Shown here piece after piece: positions 25,934 to 32,000 of a stretch of DNA of 32,000 nt. The notes beneath the pieces were generated by a model, which was not told the DNA's origin, did no database searches, and saw only the letters and a program-made list of their open reading frames with translations. The DNA comes from Mesoplasma florum L1 (GTDB taxonomy: Bacteria > Bacillota_I > Bacilli_A > Mycoplasmatales > Mycoplasmataceae): positions 450,001 to 482,000 of the forward strand of contig NC_006055.1 in NCBI RefSeq assembly GCF_000008305.1, written 5' to 3'. The translations under genes and the position numbers were made by a program. Numbering within the stretch: position 1 is the first letter of the stretch; each line of letters begins with the position of its first letter.

Positions 25934-26233
25934 CTATCTCTTATAAGCAACAGCTATATTTTTAGGCTTTATGCTTAATGTTTTTACAATTATTTCTTCA
26001 ACAATTTTATTAATTTGATTTTCTTCTAACATTTGTTTTTTGTTTTTTAAATCAATTTTAATTAAAACGTAAAGCAAGTTATCGTGGTATAAGTCTGTTA
26101 ATACTTCAATATTGTCTACATTATTCAAATCTGAGTTTGAACGCATTAAGATTGTATTTTGAATTAACTTATTTAAAGCATTAACTTCAATCTCTAATGC
26201 TCCACGATTATTTCTTTCTATTGAAATATACAT
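25934..26233 (-). CDS. Small Asp23/Gls24-like (DUF322-like) protein, 99 aa
   Basis: This is an intact ORF with a GAGGTG SD. The pattern GALEIEVNALNKLIQNTIL...IEVLTDL...LYVLIKIDL...INKIVEEIIVKTLSIKPKNIAVAY follows the alternating hydrophobic layout of Asp23-family proteins. The assignment is by pattern only. Confidence 0.5.
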   Translation of the reverse strand: MYISIERNNRGALEIEVNALNKLIQNTILMRSNSDLNNVDNIEVLTDLYHDNLLYVLIKIDLKNKKQMLEENQINKIVEEIIVKTLSIKPKNIAVAYKR

Positions 26234-26264
26234 ATTCTTACACCTCTATTTCTTATTTTTATTA

Positions 26265-26822
26265 TTATTGAGCTCTACCGCTGTATTTTCCATCTGTTGT
26301 AGAAATAATAACTTTTGTTCCTACATTAACAAATAATGGAACCATAATATCTAATCCAGTTTCAACAACAGCTTTTTTTAATGCTCCACTTGTTGTATCA
26401 CCTTTAACTGCAGCTTCAGCTTCAGTAACTTCTAATTCAACTTTATCTGGTAAAGAAATCCCTAAAACTTCTCCATCATATTCAGTCATTTTAATCATTA
26501 ATCCATCTGTTAAGAATTTACTTTCTCATTCTAATCTAGTCATTGGTATTTGAATTTGTTCATAAGTATCTGTATCCATTAAGTATGCATCTGTACCATC
26601 ATTGTATAAATATTGCATATCTTTTCTTTCAATCATTGCTTTTTCAACTTTTTCTCCACCAGTGAAAGTTATTTCAACTCTTGATCCAGTTCTTAAGTTT
26701 TTAGCTTTTACACTAACTTTTCCTTGTTGTCTTCCTGTTTTTGAGAAAGACTGTTCAATAACAACAAATAAATTACCTTCGTATATAAATGTTGTTCCAG
26801 GACGTAAATCATTTACTGACAT
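26265..26822 (-). CDS. efp: Translation elongation factor P, 185 aa
   Basis: Track ORFs 26526-26822 and 26265-26498 join in frame across one TGA. The sequence MSVNDLRPGTTFIYEGNLFVVIEQSFSKTGRQQGKVSVKAKNLRTGSRVE...VTEAEAAVKGDTTSGALKKAVVETGLDIMVPLFVN is a typical EF-P. Confidence 0.95.
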
Positions 26823-26868
26823 TTGTTTTCCTTCTTTCTTTTTAAGATTTTGATTTTAATCATAGTAA

Positions 26869-26877
26869 ATTATAGCA
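26869..26877 (-). promoter_or_regulatory. Candidate extended -10 promoter (TGcTATAAT) for efp
   Basis: The reverse strand reads aaaTGcTATAATtt, about 45 nt upstream of the efp ATG and just 3' of the stop codon (26884-26886) of the preceding gene. Confidence 0.45.
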
Positions 26878-26883
26878 TTTAAC

Positions 26884-27360
26884 CTAAAAGTTTGAAAGTT
26901 TTTCATTTAGTTTTGTTTTTGATAAAGCTAAAAACATTACTTCAAAAACTATAATTGAAATAATTCATTGAATGCTATCAACAATAGCTTCTTTTACAGC
27001 TAGACCATTTCTTGTTGAAATTTGTAGTGTATTTCAAACAACATAATATAAAAATGGTATATATAAAAATACTAAGCTAGCCGCTAAAATTACTGCAATA
27101 TGTTTAGTAAATATTTTTGAACCAAACTTCATAATTAAAAACATTAAAATATTTATTGCAATAGTTATACCCATTGTAATAACAGAATTTAAAGCTAAAT
27201 CCATTATTGCTCCATACACAATCCCAGAAACTAACATTCCATATCCTGGTACTAAATAACAGAATGTTAAATAAACTCCTGTTGTAAATTGAATAGCAAC
27301 ACCATCAGCAGTAAATAGCATAGTTACTAATGACAGAGTTACAAGCAACGCGGTTAGCAT
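26884..27360 (-). CDS. Small polytopic membrane protein (about 158-175 aa, 5-6 predicted TM helices), function unknown
   Basis: ORF 27034-27360 continues across two TGA codons to the TAG at 26884-26886. The sequence is very hydrophobic (LTALLVTLSLVTMLF, GMLVSGIVYGAIMDLAL, ITMGITIAINILMFLIM, AVILAASLVFLYIPFLYYVVW, WIISIIVFEVMFLAL). The frame stays open upstream to 27417, with GTG, TTG and ATT candidate starts at 27400-27414 that would overlap the fmt 3' end. The true start is therefore uncertain. Confidence 0.6.
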
Positions 27361-27394
27361 TCCAATTAAACATATATATTTAATTGATCATCTT

Positions 27395-28336
27395 TTACTC
27401 AAAACAATCACCAACTTTTAAATCAGAAAGATTGTTCAGTTTGTATGAACTTGCTTCCATCATTTTTTTACCTGGTTTTTGAATAAGTAAAATTTGAACT
27501 TGACCATCTTTTGTTTGAATGTCTATTCCATTTTCACTAATATTAACTATTGTTCCTGGTTTTGCTTCTACATTATTATTTAAAATTTGTACTTTTTGAA
27601 TTTTGTATCTTTCTTCACCTTTAAATGTATGAGCTATTGGTCATGGTGATAAACTTCTGATATGATTTCAAACATTAACTGATAAATCATTTCAGTTAAT
27701 TTTTTCTTCTTCTGTTGAAATATTTTTTGAAAAAGTTACTTCATCTTCATTTTGAGCAATTGGCGGTAATTCATTATTATAAATTTTTAATAAATTTTCT
27801 TTAATCATTTTTTGACCTAGTTTAGCTAATTTTTCAAACATGATTCCTGTATCATCAGTTTCTTCAATATCAATTGATTCTTGAATATAATAATCACCTG
27901 CATCCATCTTTTTAACCATTTTCATAATTGATATACCAGTTTTAGAATCACCATTTTTAATAGCATACTGAATAGGTGCACCACCACGATATTTTGGTAA
28001 CAAACTTCCATGAACATTAATTGAATCAATTTTTGGCAGATCCAATATTTTTGTTGGTACAAATTGACCATAAGCACATGTAACAATAAAATCACTTTCG
28101 ATTTGAGCAATTTCTTCATAAGCTTCAGAAATTTTAACTGGCTGAATTATTTTTAAATTATTTTTTAAAGCAATTTCTTTAACAGGAGTTGGTTTCAATT
28201 CTTTTTTTCTGCCAACAGGTCTGTCAGGTTGAGAAATAACTAATACTACTTCAACATTTTCCATTTCAGTTAATGTTGTTAAAATGTCAGCCCCAATTTG
28301 TGGAGTGCCACAAAATATAACTTTAATTTTTTCCAT
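27395..28336 (-). CDS. fmt: Methionyl-tRNA formyltransferase, 313 aa
   Basis: ORF 27692-28336 (IFCGTPQIGADIL, NVHGSLLPKYRGGAPIQYAI) continues through three TGA codons. I translated codon by codon to the TAA at 27395-27397, and the C-terminus reads ...SPWPIAHTFKGEERYKIQKVQIL.... Confidence 0.94.
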
Positions 28337-30452
28337 TATGTGCCTCCACTAATTCTTTCACTTTTTTAAGAATAACTACCATTGCAAGAGTATCTCTATC
28401 ACAATATTTAAGCATTCCTTCTTTTACTTTTAAATCTCATGCTGCTTTTGGGATTCTACCATCCACGAATTTTCTAAATGTTTCACTGGCCTTATCACCC
28501 TTGTTAATAACTAAATCATTATATGAAAAACTTGGGTCTAAACTTGGTTGTGTTTTTTTGATTGAATAACTTCCTTTAAAGTAAGGATGATAAATTAAAA
28601 ATGCTGGTCTTCCTGTTACTTTAGTATCACTTGTAAAAAAGTCCATTAAATCAACTGTATTTTGAATTATGTATGCCAATGGTTTTGCATACTTTGGAAA
28701 CATCATTGCCAGTTTTCTCAATACACCTTGTTCAAAACTTTTATTATAAGCTACATAAACACCAGGACCATGTTTAAAAGAATCTTTAATAAAGTTTTCA
28801 ATAAATTTAATTCTTGGATCTGTGTCTTGTTCATTGCTTAAAAAGCTATAGTGTTTCATTGTTTCAGGTTTATTGTAATCATAATTATTATCTACAATTA
28901 CATCAATAGAATATTGAAATGGTGTTTGATAGTATGTGTTAACTAAATTAAATCTTGGAATAGCTCATTTAGAAGTTTCAAAATCATACATATAAATAGG
29001 ATAATTTTCATAAACACTTAATAAATTGTTTATTCATTCAAGATTATCTAAATCAATAACTCTTCATTTTGATTCATCTTCTGGATATTGTTTTTTAAGG
29101 TTATAAACTTCAAACATTCTTTTAGCTATTCTATTTGTTTCAAAAAAAGATTCTCCTTTTTTGTTTAAAACGATACTTGGTTCAAATAAACTCTCATAGT
29201 CTTTAAAGTAAGGAGATTTTGAATTTCTTATAACATGTGATTTAAAAGAACGTTTAAATTTTCCTATATTTCAAAAACCTGGTTCATCTTTATCAAATCA
29301 ATTCATCACATGAAAGCAATTATCATATTCATCATGATTAAAACCATGATCTCAATTCCCAGCACGATCTTTATTGTAATTTAATGTACATTTTTTATTA
29401 TGTAGAAATTCTGGTATTTCACCATTTTCATATTTCATATTTAAATGGTTTGATAGATTCATAAATATTTGATCTAAATCAAACTTTTCTCTAAAAGCTT
29501 TTAAATCATCCTTTAAAGTTGGTCTCTTGGCGTTTTTACCATAAGTCAAATAGTCAAGATAAATTAGTTTATTTAAATCAACTTCAATAGGTTCATTATC
29601 ATATTCAACAGTAAAATCGCTTTTTACAAAATCTTTAATTTCTTCATACTTAATTTTTCCAAGTTTGTTTATAAATTCTTTAGCTTGTTCTCCAAATGTT
29701 TTTTCAGTTATTATTAAGTCAGAATTCATTACATAATCAGAATTTATTTTAGCAATACAAATATCATCTACTATAAAACCACATTTTTCTAAAACAAAAA
29801 CTTGATACATTAAGTCGAAAAAGTGTTCAGCTTTAACTTTTGTTGTTGCTTTAGCTTCTATTATTTCAACATGTTTATTGTCTTTAATTTTTAAAACGTC
29901 ACATCTTGTTCTTATCTTTTCATCATCAAAACTAAAAGCCGCTTCATAAATATATTCACACTTATTTTCTTCAAGTAATTCTTTTGTTTTTTTCTCTGCT
30001 TCAAAAAATTTTAATTCATCAAGATTTGCTGTTGATTTTTTTTCACTTCTTTTATCATTAGCAATGATATTTTTCATGTCAAAATATTCTCTAACTTTCT
30101 CACCAAATGCATTACCATCTTCAATAGTTTCTCCAGCAAATAATTCAGGGTCAAAACCAGTTTCAGAATCTCATGCAGAGTTTCATTTTTTAAGAAACTC
30201 TTCTTTCTCATTTTCATTAAGTGATTCAATGTTTAAATATGCAGAAAATATATCAATTGATTCTGCTGAATCAGAAAATTCATTTTCATCATCAAAATTA
30301 GCATCAGCATCAATCTCAAGTATTCTGTCTTTTTTTCAATTAACAGCACTTGCAAAATTTTCTTTGTTATCTCATATTCATGCTTTTTTAACGCATTCTT
30401 TCATGGATAATTTAAATGTTTCTTTATTAACTTTAGCTTTTAATTTAAACAT
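28323..30452 (-). CDS. DUF2779-like protein: an N-terminal PD-(D/E)XK (Cas4/RecB-like) nuclease module fused to a C-terminal DEDDy-like 3'-5' exonuclease-fold module, 709 aa
   Basis: The ATG at 30450-30452 (AAGGAG SD) reads in frame through at least ten TGA codons, joining track ORFs 29352-30077 and 28437-28859, to the TAA at 28323-28325 (2130 nt = 710 codons). I translated the 28860-29351 gap by hand and found no other stops. Nuclease-like motifs are RCDVLKI...VEIIEAKATTKVK (D...ExK). Further downstream are YMYDFETS (DxE), VAYNKSFEQGVL (NxxF[D/E]) and KYCDRDTLAM (Yx3D). Confidence 0.7.
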
Positions 30453-30510
30453 GCTTAATCTCCTTATAAAACTTTTTATTATTAATATTTTATCAACTTT
30501 AAATGTGTTA

Positions 30511-30552
30511 TTAAAAAATAACTTGCATTTATAAACATAATTGCAAGTTATT
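30511..30552 (-). terminator. Rho-independent terminator after the 205-aa membrane-anchored protein gene
   Basis: The reverse strand has AATAACTTGCA-(14-nt loop)-TGCAAGTTATT followed by TTTTTTAA. Confidence 0.6.
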
Positions 30553-30559
30553 GATAATA

Positions 30560-31177
30560 TTAGTTTTTTTCTCTACTTCTAACAGGAACAAATTTTTCTT
30601 TATTTTCAGTTGTTCTTTGGATAACTGGATTTTTTTTGTTTTCTTTAGCTTCAGCTCTGATTTTTTTAATTTCAGCTTTTTCAATTTGAGCTAATTCTTT
30701 TTCTTTTATACGATCAGATTTTTTAATTGCTTTTCTTTCTTCTTTAGTCAATTTAATTTCTTTTTGACCAATTGCAATTCTTTGTTCTGTTTCGTTTAAA
30801 TCTAAAATTGTATTAACAACTCATTTTGTTGCATAGTTTTTTTTATCAATTTTAGTTGTTATACCTTCAACTTCATAAGCTCTTCTTTCGATTGACTTTT
30901 GAGTTTTAGGTTCAATTAATTCAACAACAACATCAAATACGTCACGATATTTATATTCAGGGCCTTTTCTTGAATAAACCTTTTCAAATTCAACTCTAAT
31001 GTTTTTTCTGTTATCTGATTTAGCTAAAAATGCTTTAATTTCATTTCTAACTGCTTTATACCTTTGTTCTTTTTCTTTTTTAGCAGCTTTTTTACCAGTA
31101 ATTGTTGTAATAATTACAAAACCTACAACAACAACAAGCATAACTAAAAGAATTATTAATCCTGCACTATTACCCAT
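30560..31177 (-). CDS. Membrane-anchored hypothetical protein with a Lys/Glu-rich C-terminal tail, 205 aa
   Basis: Track ORFs 30821-31177 and 30560-30751 share a frame and join across the TGA at 30821; the M of the second ORF is an internal TTG. The N-terminus is MGNSAGLIILLVMLVVVVGFVIITTITGKK, a single TM anchor. A roughly 90-aa mixed domain follows, then a tail reading KEERKAIKKSDRIKEKELAQIEKAEIKKIRAEAKENKK.... Confidence 0.65.
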
Positions 31178-31234
31178 AAAAATATCATTCCTTCTTTTTA
31201 ATTTCTTTATTATTATAAATTATTTTTTCTAAAA

Positions 31235-32000
31235 TTATTCTACTATATCAATAATTCCTCCACCGAGACAAATATCGTTTAAATAGAAAACAGCTTCTTG
31301 TCCTGGAGTTACTGCTTTTACAATAGCATCGTATGATACTTTATATTCATTATCTTTAATTTTATTTAATCTAACCTTTACATCTGGTTGTCTATATCTA
31401 AATTTTGCAGTACATTCAAATTCTTCAACATTATCTATATATTGTTTTAAATCTAATGATCAATTAATTTCTGTAACAATAGCATTGTTTGATAATAAAT
31501 AACTTTCATCACTAGCTGGACATACATAAATTATTTTTTTGTCTATGTCTTTTGCTGCAACATAATATGGTTCTTTCATACCACCCAAGTTTAATCCTTT
31601 TCTTTGACCGATTGTATAATACATTGCTCCAATATGTTTACCAAGAACTTCATTAGTTTTGATATCTACAATATCACCTGGTTGATTTGAAATATAATTT
31701 TGTAAAAATTTAGTAAATTCTCTTTCACCAATAAAACAAATTCCTGTTGAATCTTTTTTATCTGCGGTAATTAAACCTTGTTCAGCAGCAATTTTTCTAA
31801 TCTCAGGTTTTTCTAGACTTTGTAATGGGAATAAAGTTTTTGAAAGTTGATTTTGAGTTAATTGACATAAAAAATATGTTTGATCTTTATTTGTATCAAC
31901 CGCTCTTATCATTTCATATTGCTTTGTTTTTTCATTAAATCTAACACCTGCATAATGACCCATTGCAATGTAATCTGCTTTTAATTCATTTATTGCATGA
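31235..32000 (-). CDS. mnmA: tRNA 2-thiouridine(34) synthase MnmA/TrmU, C-terminal about 255 codons (the 5' part lies beyond the window end)
   Basis: Supporting sequence includes ...[11 protein letters not shown]..., [23 protein letters not shown] and [19 protein letters not shown]. The ORF continues through the TGA at 31460 to ...[14 protein letters not shown] and the TAA at 31235-31237. Confidence 0.93.

Noticed and set aside
27922-28119. A minus-strand 65-aa ORF overlapping fmt in another frame.
   Set aside because: It is fully nested in fmt, which is clearly the real frame (NVHGSLLPKYRGGAPIQ). It has no SD or motif.
30560-30751. A stand-alone 63-aa highly basic, ribosomal-protein-like ORF.
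   Set aside because: Its start is an internal TTG. It is in frame with 30821-31177 and contiguous with it across a TGA, so it is the C-terminal tail of the 205-aa protein.

Overview
This window reads as a core chromosomal segment of a wall-less Mollicute from the Mycoplasma mycoides / Mesoplasma / Entomoplasma (Spiroplasma-clade) lineage. It is very AT-rich, and its 16S/23S/5S sequences look like that group. The key to reading it is genetic code 4 (TGA = Trp). Almost every fragmented minus-strand ORF in the supplied track joins in frame with its neighbours across TGA codons to give full-length, recognisable proteins. Every gene I can support lies on the minus strand. In minus-strand transcription order (high to low coordinate) the genes are: mnmA (partial), a membrane-anchored Lys/Glu-rich protein, a 709-aa DUF2779-like double nuclease whose 3' end overlaps fmt, fmt, a small polytopic membrane protein, efp, an Asp23-like protein, tig, lon (with a CIRCE operator), rarA, a DJ-1/PfpI protein, a 16S-23S-5S rRNA operon, a roughly 1400-aa tandem-FtsX permease, a 206-aa unknown protein, pheS, pheT, a DUF177/YceD-like protein, rpmF, the reduced division cluster mraZ-rsmH-ftsA-ftsZ-sepF, an alpha/beta hydrolase, and a T-box leader plus the 5' end of ileS. 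I see no CRISPR array, transposon, prophage, integrase, tRNA gene or recognisable defence island, and I cannot honestly point to a discrete novel system. The parts most worth follow-up are uncharacterised genes wired tightly into housekeeping operons: the dual-nuclease gene coupled to fmt, the ATPase-less giant FtsX permease with its 206-aa partner upstream of pheST, and the hydrolase attached to ftsZ-sepF. A few regulatory or sequence details are also worth a look: phased TGGG repeats at mraZ, an Arg-type EF-P loop, and a lon terminator abutting the rarA ribosome-binding site. All coordinates and translations were worked out by hand from the sequence. RNA ends and promoter calls are approximate.
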